Below, piece by piece: positions 50,135-62,071 of a stretch of 64,000 bases of DNA. Within the stretch, counting starts at the first letter, position 1. Each line of letters starts with the position of its first letter. The notes under the pieces are model-generated. The model was not told the DNA's origin. It was given only the letters and a program-made list of their open reading frames with translations, and ran no database searches. Made by a program: the position numbers and the translations under genes. Source of the stretch: an uncultured Verrucomicrobiae bacterium (GTDB lineage Bacteria > Verrucomicrobiota > Verrucomicrobiia > Chthoniobacterales > Terrimicrobiaceae); the NCBI GenBank assembly GCA_963706955.1, contig CAVPOC010000003.1, forward strand, positions 683,395 through 747,394, given 5' to 3'.

Positions 50135-52406
50135 TCAATGCCATCATCATTCCGCGCATTTCCATGGGTTGGAAAATAATCCAGACGCCCGCCGCATAGA
50201 GTAACACTGCCAGCAGACCCCAGGGAAGAAACGTCAAAAGCCGCCGAGTTGAGCTCATCTGCCCAGCGATACGCCAGGCAATGTAGAGCGAGAGCAGAAG
50301 ACCAAGGTCGAGCAAGAATAGCTCGAGTCCCGGCAGGCTGTAAAAAGCGAGAGAACTTACTGACCAGACCGGCTCGGACTTGGTCACGCCAAGGTCATGC
50401 GCAAGTCGGTGAATTACTGGGATCGGCGTGAGAGCGGCCGTAAACAAATGAAAAGCAAAATGCGCCAGCCACATCGCAAATCCGATCGGGACCAGCGACA
50501 ACGAAAATCGGCATAGATTTTCCTTCAGGAGAGTGCCGGCAATCGAGCTGCTCCAAGCGGCTGCTGCCATCGCCATCGTGGCCGGGATGATAATCAGAAC
50601 GAAAACGCTCAACAGGGTGACAATGCCGAGATCTGAGGAAAAATTGAACGCGCTGGCAGCTTTGGAAATCCCACCGAGGACCGGCGCAACCATTCCGGCC
50701 GCATTTGCAAAAGCTCCAAAGGTGAGGGCAAGAACCAGTCCCGCGAGGTCGAGGCGCGTGCCGTATCGGCCGATCGAGGAACGTGGTCGGTCTTCGATCA
50801 GGTCATGGCCGGGCAGAACCGCGACGATACCGACATTTTCGTGGGGACACGCCTTGATGCAATCCAGACAAAACGTGCAATCCATGTTTCCGGATTTTCG
50901 TGGCTGAAAAAGCTGGAGCTCGCATCCGCGCTGCGTCGCGTTCCCTTTGATGCAGTCGAACGTCCGGCACGAAGCGCAGACATCCGGACGCCGCACCTTC
51001 ACCTCAAAAGGTGACGCGAGCGATTGCACAAAGTGAAACTGCCCGATCGGGCAGACAAATTTACAAAAGCTCGCGCCTCGAAAAAAGCCATCTATAAGCA
51101 AGGCCGCCAGAAAATACCCAAGGATGATCAATGCGGTGACGGCGGGCTTGTCCCAGAGGTCAAAAGCCTCATAGGCCCACAGGTAAACGAGCACGAGCCC
51201 GACGGCCAGCCACTTTGAGCTCAGTCCTCGTGGCCACCGAGCTCGGGCCGGCAGGATTCTGCGGCCCAAATCTCGGACAAAGGTGAACGGGCATGCCATG
51301 CAGAACAGATTACCCACGGCCAGCAAACCCACGACCGTGAAGGCGCGCCAATGGGTCCAGGGAAGCACACCTGCCAAGTTCATCGGGCTGAGCTCAGGTC
51401 CGAGAAGTCCGTCCAGGATGATGACGGCCGCCAGAAGCAGCGAAACGATCTGCAGCGTCGGGCGAAAGTATCGCGAACGGATCATTGCGCCGAGAACCGG
51501 CACGCCCAAGAGATCGAGCGGCGCCCGCCTTTTCTCCACTTTCAGGGCAGCCACTGGCGCCTTCGGCTTCAAGCGAGTCTGCGAGGGCCGCACCAGCCGG
51601 TTTGGAGACAGAAACTGCATCGCGATAAGTGCCGCCGGCACGATAAAAGCGATCGATCCGGGAACCCACATGATGGCGCCCGCAGTCGCCTGATCGCTGA
51701 GCGGCGCAATCCCAAAACGTGGCGCGTTCGCATAGGTCGGGTAAGCAATCCTGTCATAGAAGGAAAGAAATCCTGCCAAGGCCGTATTTTGAAGGTCGGC
51801 AAGCAGAAGGTAAGGGATCATTGTCCAGCGCGGCCAGTAGGGATGGCTCGGCCACGGCTGAACGACGTGCCACCAAAAGAGGAGAGCTGTTGCGAGAAAA
51901 CAGAAGTGCTCGAACTTGTGCCAGCCAGGCGAACGCAAGGCGAGTTCGTAGAAGTCTGGGAGGTGCCAAAGAACGTTGCTAAGAACGAAGAGCACCCAAC
52001 AAACGATCGGATGCATCAGTCGGTGGAGAAAGCTCCTCAACAACGGCCAAAGAAGAAATGGCCCCAACACCCGGCTGACAAGGTGGCGAGGAAGCCCGCA
52101 GAGCAAAGGAAGTTGCGGCGCGCCCAGAAGCAGCAGCGGTGGAGCAACCATCGTCAGCAAGAGGTGCTGCACCATATGCGCCGTCAGCAGAAACGAAGCA
52201 AAGGCGTCCAAGGGAGACGCGAGCGACAAATAGATCGCCGCCAGCCCGGCGAGGAAGCACACCAGTCGGGACAACGGATAGCGAGAGGGAACCTGCCGCC
52301 GCAGCTTATTCCAGCCGCGAAAATAGATCAATGCAGTTGCCAGCAATCCAAATGCGGGGACCGGCAGAAATGCCCAGGAGGCAAGGGCGGCGGATTGTGC
52401 GCTCAC
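50135..52406 (-). CDS. CtaG-like (caa3 assembly factor) domain fused to membrane-bound 4Fe-4S polyferredoxin domain
   Basis: N-terminal SPLD...AHMVQHLLL...WHLP..Y...EH...DQ..AG.IMWVPG; C-terminal CMACPF, CKFVCPIG, CASCRTFDC, CTFCLDCIKACP. Confidence 0.85.
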
Positions 52407-52470
52407 GGACTCCTACATTACCGCAGGAACGCAGATCTGCAGGGAAATCGATCGCAGAAAAGGCCTAAGC

Positions 52471-54008
52471 CTAGCCTTCGTGGTGGCCCTTATGACCACC
52501 AGCGGCCTCCTGCTTCGGCGGAACCGCCGGAAAGGTCGAGTCGCGCGCAGGCGCCTCACCCGCAGGCCGGAGCGAGACCATGTAAGCTCACGACGGCCTC
52601 GACCTCGTACGGCGACAAATTTTTCCCATAGGCCGGCATATTGCCTCCGCCTTGAACCACCTGACGCACGAGTTGATCCTTCGTCATCCGAGTTCCCACT
52701 TCGGCGAGATCGGGACCACGTTCGCCTCCAATCCCTTCGATGGCGTGACAGTTGCGGCACTGCATGTTCTGCATGACCACGAGTCCTTGAAGCTCCAAGA
52801 GGCGACCGGCCGACCACTTTCTCTCTTGGGGTGGGGGCATTGCTCCATGCCTCCATTTTCGGCGACCATGGCGACGCGTAGCCAAGATAGGTCAATATCC
52901 CCATGGCCACCCACACAAGGATGACGGTGAGCACGGCGACCGGACGGCGCCGCCAGCTCTTCTCACCCGTATTGTTAAAGAATGGCAGGACGAAAAGGAT
53001 AAGGATGGCGATCGGGGGAACGACCAGCAACCCGAAGGTCTCCATGTACTCTGGCATGAGCGCCGCCACCGCAAAGATCCACATGAACCAAACGTCGGGA
53101 CGCGGCAGAGTATCGATATCCGCTGGGTAAGGAGGACCGGTGGGCCCCTTGGGTCCCCACACGGCCGCACAAAAGAGAATGCCCCCGATCACGACGGCCG
53201 CGGCCACGAGGTCCTTCCAAATGCCATGTGGGGCAAAGGGGATGCCCTCCTTCTTTATTATCGCCTCGTATTCCTTGTCATACGTTTCGCGACGGACGAG
53301 GTGCCCCGGCTTTGGATACTCGTTGATCCCCTTGGTGAGCACCATCCGGAGGTGTATAGCCACCAGCGCCAGGACAGTTCCCGGAAGGATGAAGACATGC
53401 AGCGAAAAGAAGCGGGAGAGCGTTTCCGAAGCGATGATCGGACCCCCCAGCATCAAATTCACCAAGCCTTCTCCGATGAGCGGGACACGCCCAAGAATGG
53501 CCGCACCGATACCAAGGCCCCAGTAAGCATCCTCGTCCCAGCGCAGCACCTGGCCGGTGAAGGCCAGACCTAACGTGCAGATCATGAGGATGACACCAGA
53601 CATCCACGTGATTTCGCGAGGATACTTGTAGGCGCCCCAGAGATAGACCTGCGTCATGTGAAGGAGCATGGCGCCGACCATGAAGTTCGACCCCCAATAG
53701 TGCATCGCCCGCAGGTACCATCCGAGGTCTTGTTCGTAGGTAAGATAGAGAAGGCTGTCGTAGGCCTCCGAGGCCGAGGGCACGTAGACAAAGGCCAGCA
53801 GGCTGCCGGTGATGATCTGAAGAATGAAACAAAGCAGGGTCGCGCTGCCAAAAACGTAGAACCAGCTGGCGGCACTCTCGGGAATCGGGTGCCCTGCCGT
53901 GTGTTCCCACAAGTTGGAAAGGTGGAGCCGTTTGTCGAGCCAGAGAAAGAGGCCTTGCGCGGCCTCAAACGCGCTCGTCTTCAGCGGTTTTTTCGGCTCC
54001 GCGCTCAT
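52471..54008 (-). CDS. qcrB: Cytochrome b (b6-like) with fused C-terminal cytochrome c; apparent frameshifts near 52795 and 52585
   Basis: LRAMHYW, LLHM, FTGQVLRWD, RFFSLHVFILP, IHL heme ligands; downstream frame has CRNCH...GPDL...GGGNMPAY. Confidence 0.9.
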
Positions 54009-54555
54009 ACGTTGGGAGTCGCCAAAGTCGGCATCACGCCGGCGGCGATGAAGAGTTCGTTGTTCTCGACCTTGTGTTGATAGATGTAGAGGCCGCGCGG
54101 GGGCGGTCCCGCGGCATGCTCGCCGTCTTCATAGAATATCGCCTCCATGACAGGGACACATGAAGAGCTTCGACTCCTCAAACCAACGCACCGGACAGCC
54201 AAGATGAGTGCAATTGATGGCAAAGACCTGAAACTCTTCGCCATGGACGCGCCGGACCCAACAAGGTATTACCGCGGCTTCCCCATCCCATTCGCGATGG
54301 TACGGGTTCTCGTAGGTGGCAAGCGTGGTCGTCGCTTCTGGGAACTTGTCCAGAGGTCCCAAGCGCCGTCCACTTCAAGGGAAGCTTCTTGACGAAGCTC
54401 GACATGACGTAGCCGACCAATGGAATTGCGATCATGGCGCCGGCCAGAACGTTGAGTCCGAGACCAAGCTTCAAAAGAAAGTCGCGGCGACTGAGATCGC
54501 CATTTCCATTTCCACCAGCGGGTTTGGCGGTGTCCTTGGGTTCGTGCGTGCTCAT
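54005..54555 (-). CDS. qcrA: Rieske iron-sulfur subunit; apparent frameshifts near 54360 and 54140
   Basis: Tat motif SRRDFL plus TM, CTHLGC and CPCHGG boxes, GPPPRGL. Confidence 0.9.
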
Positions 54556-54570
54556 CGAAGTGCTTTCCTT

Positions 54571-55310
54571 TTACCTCTGGGTCAGGGGGAGAGGCTGTCC
54601 AAATTCATTCTTTCTCTGGGAGACCAGCCAGGCCACGACGCCGGAAATTTCCTCTTCGGACATCGGCTTGCCCGGAACGCGATTCTGAAAATCAGGGCAG
54701 CCGAGGTCATTGCGTCCCGCAATAACGATCGTCCGCAAATATTGATCGCTGACCAGACCGAGATATGCCGGGTGAACGACGGAGCCGGCTTTGCCGCCGG
54801 TCCCGTCGGCGCCGTGGCAACTTGCGCAGAAGGTGCCGAATGCGGCCTGGCCTTGGGCCACGTCGCCCAAGGGTCCGCTGTATGCGGGCAGGGGGCCCGG
54901 AGGCGGATTCTTCGCTCCCAAAGCCGCAATCCCCTCCACGAGAACATCGATCTGCTTCTCTGTCAGCATGCCGCCGTGTTCCTCCGAGAAGGCCACCATC
55001 GCCGTCCCAGTAACGCCGCCCGCAATGATCGAGCGCAGCGTGTCGCGGCGGAATGACGGCGATGTAGGTGGGGTTATCCAGGGTGATGGCCCCGGAGGGC
55101 TGCTCCTTGGTGCCATGGCAGCCGCGGCAGTTCTCCGCGTAGATCTTCTCAAAATCGAGCAACCGAATGCGGCGAATGCCATGCTTGTGCTTGCGTAGGT
55201 TTTCCCGGCATCCAATCACATGCGGGAAGCAGAGCAGCGAGAGCCATCGCCAAGGTGCATCGCCAGGGATGCTCTTTCACACGCCGCCAAATGCTTGCCA
55301 GCGTGCTCAC
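54571..55310 (-). CDS. Di-heme cytochrome c, probable lipoprotein; apparent frameshifts near 55165 and 55050
   Basis: CRGCH and CASCH heme motifs in adjacent frames; lipobox-like LLPAC; GTG at 55310 preceded by GAGGAGG. Confidence 0.75.
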
Positions 55311-56150
55311 GACGTGATCCTCCTCGTGCTGCGCTTCTACGCCGAGTCTCTCGGCTACCGACCAACTTTGCTGCGTCTCCACCTTGGCGGATTTAAAAAC
55401 GACGAATCCGCACACCGCGCCGAACGCGACCTGACAAAAGATAAACCACGGCCAATCAATGGCGATGGCCAGTTTCGGATTGATCACGTCCAAAGAAGCA
55501 AAAATCAGCGCCGTCCAAATCAACGGGGTGACAATACCGCCCCACAACCATTCAAACCGGGCGGGTAACATCGGCAGGAGCACCGCATAGAGAAGGCCAA
55601 CGAGAATCGAAATCGAAATGTGAGCGATAGTGCCGACAACCAGCCCCGTGAAGCTGAACTGCCGCAGCGCCTCCAAACTCGCCTCCGCGAGCTCGGGAAC
55701 CCCAGCGGCCGCCAGAAGGTTAATAGGATACCAGATGCTTCCGTACTTGAAAATCCCATACAGGCAGGCTAACACTGCCATCACGACCGCCCCAACGAGG
55801 CCGCCGAAGGCCCCCGCCGTGTAGGGATGCACCTCGACAGGGATGCGCGCGCGGTGCATCTTGCCGACGTCAAGAATTCGAACCACCCGACCATGAGTGC
55901 GGATTGGCTCCGGATGCTCCTCCTTTGGACGCAGCGGCACCGGCTCATGCTTGGGATGAGGGAAAAGATCTAAGCACCAGCCGACACCGCCGGCAATTCC
56001 AACAATAATGCCAGCAATGGCGAAGCTGACGTCGGTGACAAAGGCGGCCAAGAACAGCGTCAAGCCGAAAGCGGTGACAATCGGCCAGGCCGTCGGCGTC
56101 GGCAACTCGACATAATCTTTGCCCTTAGGGGAATGGTGATCGTGCTTCAT
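55307..56150 (-). CDS. Membrane protein with oxidase subunit IV (CtaF)-like N-terminus
   Basis: LPTPTAWPIVTAFG followed by about 6 TM helices; lies between ctaE and the cytochrome c gene. Confidence 0.6.
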
Positions 56151-56151
56151 G

Positions 56152-56806
56152 TCAATATCGAGCGCTTATGAAGTAGACCAACGTCAGCACGACAACCCAG
56201 ATGCCATCAACGAAGTGCCAGTACCAGGAAATCATTTCGGTGTGCTCGATATGATCTTCCGGGATCTTTCCAAAGAGCGTGAGCACAAAAATAATGCCGA
56301 GCAAAAGCAGACCAACCAGAACGTGACTTAGATGCAGGCCGACCAGCGAATAGAAGGTCGAGCCAAAGACGTTTACACTGATCGTCAAGCCTTCGTGGTA
56401 GATGAGCTCATGCCACTCCATGAAAGAGTAGAGGACAAAATAAGCCCCCAGCGCCATGGTAATTCCCCACCAGATAAGGAATCCCTTGCGATCGAGCTTA
56501 TGCATCATCTTTCTCGGCATAGACGATCGTGAAGCTCGATGCAAAAAGCGCAATGCTCGCGAGCCAAGGCGTCTTCGACGGAAAAGGAATAACGTCACGC
56601 GGGAAGGGGGGGTTGAGGCTCTTGCCCATGTAATAAACATAGGCTACTACGAAGATGGCAAAGAGCGCGGACTCGGTGAGGATTAGGCAAATGACGCCGA
56701 CCTTTCGCTGTGAAGGCAAGACCCATGGCCCGAGGTGATCGGAGGGATCGTTGACAAAACCGGCCGGCTTGCCGACGTGGAGGCTTGTAACTTTTTCGGC
56801 GCTCAT
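56152..56806 (-). CDS. ctaE: Heme-copper oxidase subunit III (short form); apparent frameshift near 56510
   Basis: LILTESALF, FGSTFYSLVGLHLSHV, YWHFVDGIW. Confidence 0.88.
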
Positions 56807-58511
56807 TCGAATTTCCAGTCGGGGTCTTCTGGATGTTTCAAATCCCACAAGGGCCTGCGGCTGCGGACCTCGGGGATCCTATCGAAGTTGTATTCAGGAG
56901 GCGGCGAAGTGGTGCCCCACTCCAAAGTCCACGCATCCCACGGATCGTCGCCGGCCTCTTTGCCCTTACGATAGGAATGAATCATGTTGTAGACAAAGAG
57001 GACGACGGAAATCCCTTGGATGAAAACGCCCACCGTTGACATCTGGTTCCAAAACTCCCACCCGCGGCCGGCTTCGTAGGTAAAGATCCGTCGCGGCATT
57101 CCTAAGATGCCCGCCAAGTGTTGCGGGTCGAACGTCAAGTGAAAGCCCGCAAAGAAAAGCCAAAAGTGCCAATGGCCCAGTTTCTCATTGAGCATTTTGC
57201 CGAAGGCTTTCGGAAACCAATAGTAGAAGCCTGCGAAAATACAAAAGACGATCCCACCGAGAATGACATAGTGGAAGTGTGCCACGACGAAATAGGAATC
57301 GCTCAGTTGCCAGTCAAATGGAGTGACCGCAAGCATGACGCCGGTAAGACCCGCAATGAGAAATTGAAAGAGAAATCCGATGCAAAAGAGCATCGGCGTC
57401 TCAAGGCGGATTTTTCCCCCATACATCGTTCCCAGCCAATTAAAAATTTTGATGCCGGTCGGGACCGCGATAATCATCGTCGAAATGGCAAAGAAAGTAT
57501 TGCCCACCGAGGTCATTCCGACGGTGAACATGTGGTGAGCCCAAACGCCCAGGCTAATGAAGGCGATCGAGACCGTGGCCGCCACCATGACCGGATAGCC
57601 AAAGATCGGTTTCCGCGAGAAGACAGGAATGACTTCCGAGGCAATCGCAAAGGCGGGAAGCACCAGGATGTAGACCTCGGGATGACCGAAGATCCAGAAA
57701 AAGTGCTGCCAGAGGACCGCCGACCCACCGGCTTGGGTATCGAAGAATTTTGCGTCGAGATACCGATCCAGAATCAGCATGATCTGGCAGGCCGAGAATG
57801 GGGGCATCGCGATGACCACCAGAAAGGAGGTGACAATCATCATCCAGACAAAGAGCGGCATCTTGCCAAGAGTCATGCCCTTGCATCGCAAGCAAAAGAC
57901 CGTCACAAGAACATTGATCGCAGTGGCGATGCTTCCAATGCCATTCAAAAGCAAAGAAAGCGTCCAGTAGTCCGGTACTATGACCCTTGGAAAACGCCTT
58001 CGCCGTCAGCGGAGAGTAAGCAAACCAGCCGACGGCCGGGGCCGAGCCCGCATTGTAAAGACCGGGTGCCGTAAGGTAGCTGGCGAAAAGAAAAAGTCCG
58101 CTGAACAGAAACACCCAGAAGCCAAAGGCATTGAGCCTGGGAAACGCCATGTCACGCGTCCCGATCATTAGGGGCACGAGATAGTTGGCAAACCCAAACA
58201 CCCACGGCATGGCCACGAGAAAGATCATCGCCGTGCCGTGCATCGTAAAAAAGCGGTTGAAAACGTCCGGCCTCCAAGAACTTGCTGCTCGGAAAGAACA
58301 GCTGCATCCGCATCAGCGTGGCCATGACGCCCGCGACGACAAAGAATACCAAGCCCGATCCGATATACATCAAGCCGAGCTTCTTGTGGTCGACCGTGTA
58401 GACGAGTTCCTGGACGATGCCGGTCAACGAACCCGGCTCCTCTCCCACACGTTCCGGGGGAGCTGGGATATACTCCTCTTCCGGTTCTACTGTCGTCGTT
58501 GGATTAGCCAT
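56803..58511 (-). CDS. ctaD: Cytochrome c oxidase subunit I, A1-type; apparent frameshifts near 58265 and 57975
   Basis: TVDHKKLG, MHGT.MIF, DMAFPRLN, FWIFGHPEVY, VWAHHMF, VVAHFHY, GMPRR. Confidence 0.95.
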
Positions 58512-58598
58512 AATATCTAATCGCTAAGAAACGCAAAACGGCGCTAACTCGAGGGCCGATTTCCGCACGGGGGAATTGCGTTCATGGCGATCCTGTTC

Positions 58599-59676
58599 CT
58601 ATTTCAACGTTTCCAAGTAGGCGACTACGGCGTCGACCTCTTTGTCATGCAATTTCATGTCCGGCATGAAGCAGCCGGGCTTTAAAACTTGCGGATCGCG
58701 CACCCACGACCAGAGGTGTCTCGTGATTGAGCGGCGCGACTCCCGCGCCAATCGTCTGGCGCGTCATTAGCTTGGTGAGATCCGGGCCGAACACACCAAC
58801 GGCAACGCTGTCGGCCACTTTGTGGCAGTTCACACAGGAGTTGGCAAAGAAGAGGCGGTGGCCCTCGATCTCCTCAGGAGTGGAAGGAGTTGGCGGAGCG
58901 GCCTGTTGGTTGGCCACCCATTTGTCGAAGCCTTCCTTAGTGTGGACTATGACCCGCAACAGCATATTCGCATGCTGTGTGCCGCAATACTCGGCGCAGT
59001 TCCCAAAATACACGCCCGTCTCGAAGGGATCGAACCACGTCTCATTATCCTTGTTGGGGATGACGTCGGTCTTCCCTCCAAGCTGCGGCAGCCAAAAACT
59101 GTGAATGACATCGGCCGATTGCAGCGTGAAATGGGTGGGCGTCGCCTTGGCGAGATCGCGGTCGCTGATCGGAATGTGAATCTCATTCGCTGTGATGATC
59201 CCAAGATCCGGATAGTGCACTTCCCACCACCACTGATGACCCACCACGCGCACCTTGACCGCGTTTTCGGGCATCTTGGCGTCTTGGATCTCGCCAATCG
59301 TTCGGCTGGTCACCAGCACGAGCACCACAGTGATGAGGATGGGAATCACCGTCCAGGCCAGCTCAATGTTCGTGCTCCCATAAATTTGTGGAGGTTCCGT
59401 TCCGTCGTCGTTTTCCGGACGCCGAAATTTCACAATGCAATAGACCAATATTCCTGTGACGAACAAAAAGATGACGAGGCTGATGACGAGCACCAGGATC
59501 GCCGTCACGTGAATCATTTCCGCGGGCCTGGAGAGAGGTTGGAACATATCGGCGACTCGCCGCATCGGATATTCGCTTCCCGCGCCCTGACCGAAGCCGG
59601 ATGCAGTCAGTCCCAACAACAGTCCCAAGACTCGCAAAGAGATGGCTGAGACTCGTCTGCTGACTTTCACCACCAC
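58599..59676 (-). CDS. ctaC: Cytochrome c oxidase subunit II with fused cytochrome c (caa3 type); apparent frameshift near 58712
   Basis: GHQWWW, DVIHSFW, CuA motif CAEYCGTQHANM, CVNCH heme; corrected end WVRDPQVLKPGCFMP...YLETLK*. Confidence 0.93.
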
Positions 59677-59833
59677 TCTTGGCTAGCGAACTTGCGGGCC
59701 GAGGAAAATCTTTTTTTCATCAATTGATCAGAAATACGGGCGAATTTCGCAGCCCGAAAATGTTTGACCGGCGCGGCAAAAACTGCTTGGCACATGGCTG
59801 ACTTGTGCTTTGTTAGCGAGACCTCGCGGAGCG

Positions 59834-60466
59834 ATGACGCCTGAGACCGACCCTAACACCTTCTCTCCTGACGCGGCGCGGCGTCCTCCGCTTGCTCGCT
59901 TTGACCGGGCGCCGCCCTGGCCACCAGCAACGAAAGCTCTCACGCCTTCGTCGACTTTTTTTCCAGCTACCAGCCGACTTCGCGCGGCCTTCTCACGAAG
60001 CTCGACATTCCTTCTGGCTGGATGCCGCAACTCGGCTCTCAGCTTCCGAGCTATGCGGAGTTTCTCCAGCGGATGAATTTTAAGCAAATGTCGATTCGCC
60101 AGGTGATCGCTCCGCATGCCAAGTCTCACGGAAGTGTGCACAACACCCTTCCTCCGCGCTTCCTTTGGCGAAACATTCGCTCGACCCTCAAGGTGGTTGA
60201 CCAACTCGCCGACCGCCTGGACATGCCGGTCGGGGAGATCGTCTCCGTCTACCGGACCCCCGCTTATAATGCGCGCTGTCCGGGCGCCAAGAGCAATTCG
60301 TATCACGTGCGCAACAACGCCATGGACATCGTCTTTAATTGTCCTCCCGGGAAAGGTCGCCGCGATGGCTCGCGCCATGCGCTCGACCGGCTTGTTCCAG
60401 GGCGGGGTGGGCCGCTACGGCAGCTTCACCCACATCGATACCCGCGGCAGCAACGCCGATTGGTAA
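59834..60466 (+). CDS. Tat-exported peptidase M15 family (D-Ala-D-Ala carboxypeptidase-like) protein, frameshifted
   Basis: LTRRGVLRLL leader in an offset frame; SVYRTPAYN...GAKSNSYHVRNNAMDI and GGVGRYGSFTHIDTRG. Confidence 0.8.
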
Positions 60467-60551
60467 GCTTCCGACTTCGTCGGTCCCGAGCCGCTTAGCT
60501 CTCCCCCTCCGAGCCGCTCCGCGTCCAGGTTTTTTCAGCTGAAAATTCCGC

Positions 60552-60585
60552 TTGCCAGGAAACTTAAAAAACGCTATAAGTTTCC
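60552..60585 (+). promoter_or_regulatory. Promoter overlapped by a perfect inverted repeat (putative TetR operator)
   Basis: TTGCCA-N17-TATAAG with GGAAACTTA-N10-TAAGTTTCC (60558-60585) directly before the TetR start. Confidence 0.75.
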
Positions 60586-60588
60586 ATA

Positions 60589-61212
60589 GTGAATGTGAGT
60601 TTGTCGATGGGGGCTGCGGGATCGAATCGTGGCGACGGCGGAGCGGATTTTTTTTGCTGCGGGGTTCAGCCGGGTTTTGATGGACGATTTGGCGCGCGAG
60701 CTGGGGATGAGCAAGAAGACGCTCTACTCGCATTTTGCGAGCAAGGAGGATTTGCTGAGGGCGGTTTTGGCGCGCCGGACGCGCGAGGTGGAACAGGGTT
60801 TGGAGGCGATCGTGAGCGCGAAAGAAACCTTCCCGCTAAAGCTGGGGCACCTCGCTCGGTTCCTCCAGAGCAAGCTGGCGGACGTGAGCCCGGTATTTTT
60901 GGGAGACATCCGGCGTTATGCGCCGGAGTGTTTTCAGGTGGTGGAGGAGTTTCGAGCGCGGGCGATTCCTCGCTATTTTGGGCGTTTGTTTGAGGAGGGG
61001 ATTCGGACCGGGCACGTGCGCCGGTCACGTCAACCGCGAGTTGCTGATCCGGATGATGGTGCTTTCGATTCAAGGGATCATCCGCCCGGCGACGGTAGAG
61101 GAGCTGCATCTCCGCCCCCGCGAGGCTCTGGAGCACATCCTGGCGATCATTGTTCGATGGGATCTTGACCCCGCGGGGTCGCCGAGCGCGCCGACCTTTT
61201 CCAGGAAAATGA
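60589..61212 (+). CDS. TetR/AcrR-family regulator (about three apparent frameshifts)
   Basis: MDDLARELGMSKKTLYSHFASKEDLL HTH; corrected end FDGILTPRG...PGK* overlaps the next ATG. Confidence 0.88.
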
Positions 61213-62071
61213 AGAAGCGGCGGATCATAGTCATCGCGGTGCTGCTGGCGATTGCGAGCGGGCGGTATTCTGGTATCGCGGGAGGATGCAGAGCTCTGCG
61301 GAGCCGGCATTTTTCTCCGGCTATGGCGAGGGCGAGCTGGTCTACGTGTCGTCGCCGATCGCCGGCGAGCTGCAACAGTTGGCGGTTCAGCGCGGCGCTC
61401 AGGTGGAGAGGGCTGCCTTTCTTTTCGAACTTGAACGCGAAGAAGAGCGCGCCGCCCGGGCCGAGGCCGAAGAGACCTTGCGGGAGAGCCGAGCGCGTGT
61501 GGACAAGGCGACGATGGACTTTACGCGGGCGAAGAGTCTACGGGATAAGCGCGTGATCGCTCCAGAGGCCTACGACACCGCGCAGCAGGACCTCTTGGCT
61601 GCGCAGCACGCGGCGGCGGCGCGGCAGCGCGGCCTCGAACAGGCGGATTGGAGATTCGCCCAAAAGCAGCAGTCGGCTCCCGCGGGCGGGCTGGTCTACG
61701 ATACCTACTTCAGGCCCGGGGAGTGGGTTCCGGCGGGCACGCCGGTCTTGTCGATCCTACCGCCCGAATACATGAAAGTGCGCTTCTTTGTTCCGGAGAG
61801 CGAGCTCGGGAAAATGCAAATCGGGACGCCGTTGGAGATTCGGATGGATGGTTTGGCAGAGCCCCTCGCCGGCAAAGTGAGTTTCGTCTCTCCGCAGGCG
61901 GAATACACGCTTCCGATCATCTATAGCCGGGAGAACCGCGGCAAATTGGTCTACCTCGTCGAGGGTGCGCTCGCTCCCAAGGATGCGCGCTTGCTCCACC
62001 CGGGTGCCCCCATCGAGGTCAGATTGAAAGCGGCTGAGGAATCCGCGCACCTCGCGGAACAGGCAAAATGA
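61209..62071 (+). CDS. HlyD-family periplasmic adaptor (YbhG-like); apparent frameshift near 61260
   Basis: GYGEGELVYVSSPIAG.L, RPGEWVPAG.PV, VSPQAEYT.PIIYS. Confidence 0.88.

Noticed and set aside
49554..52406. 950-aa triple fusion (CtaG + ferredoxin + exported domain)
   Set aside because: The junction ATGATGATGGCATTGAAAACTATG becomes M-M-M-H-stop followed by a new ATG with a signal peptide if one G is removed; likely an indel artefact.
55149..56150. Fusion of the CtaF-like membrane protein to the cytochrome c leader
   Set aside because: An internal GAGGAGG plus GTG at 55310 and a one-base fix give a normal GTGA stop/start overlap.
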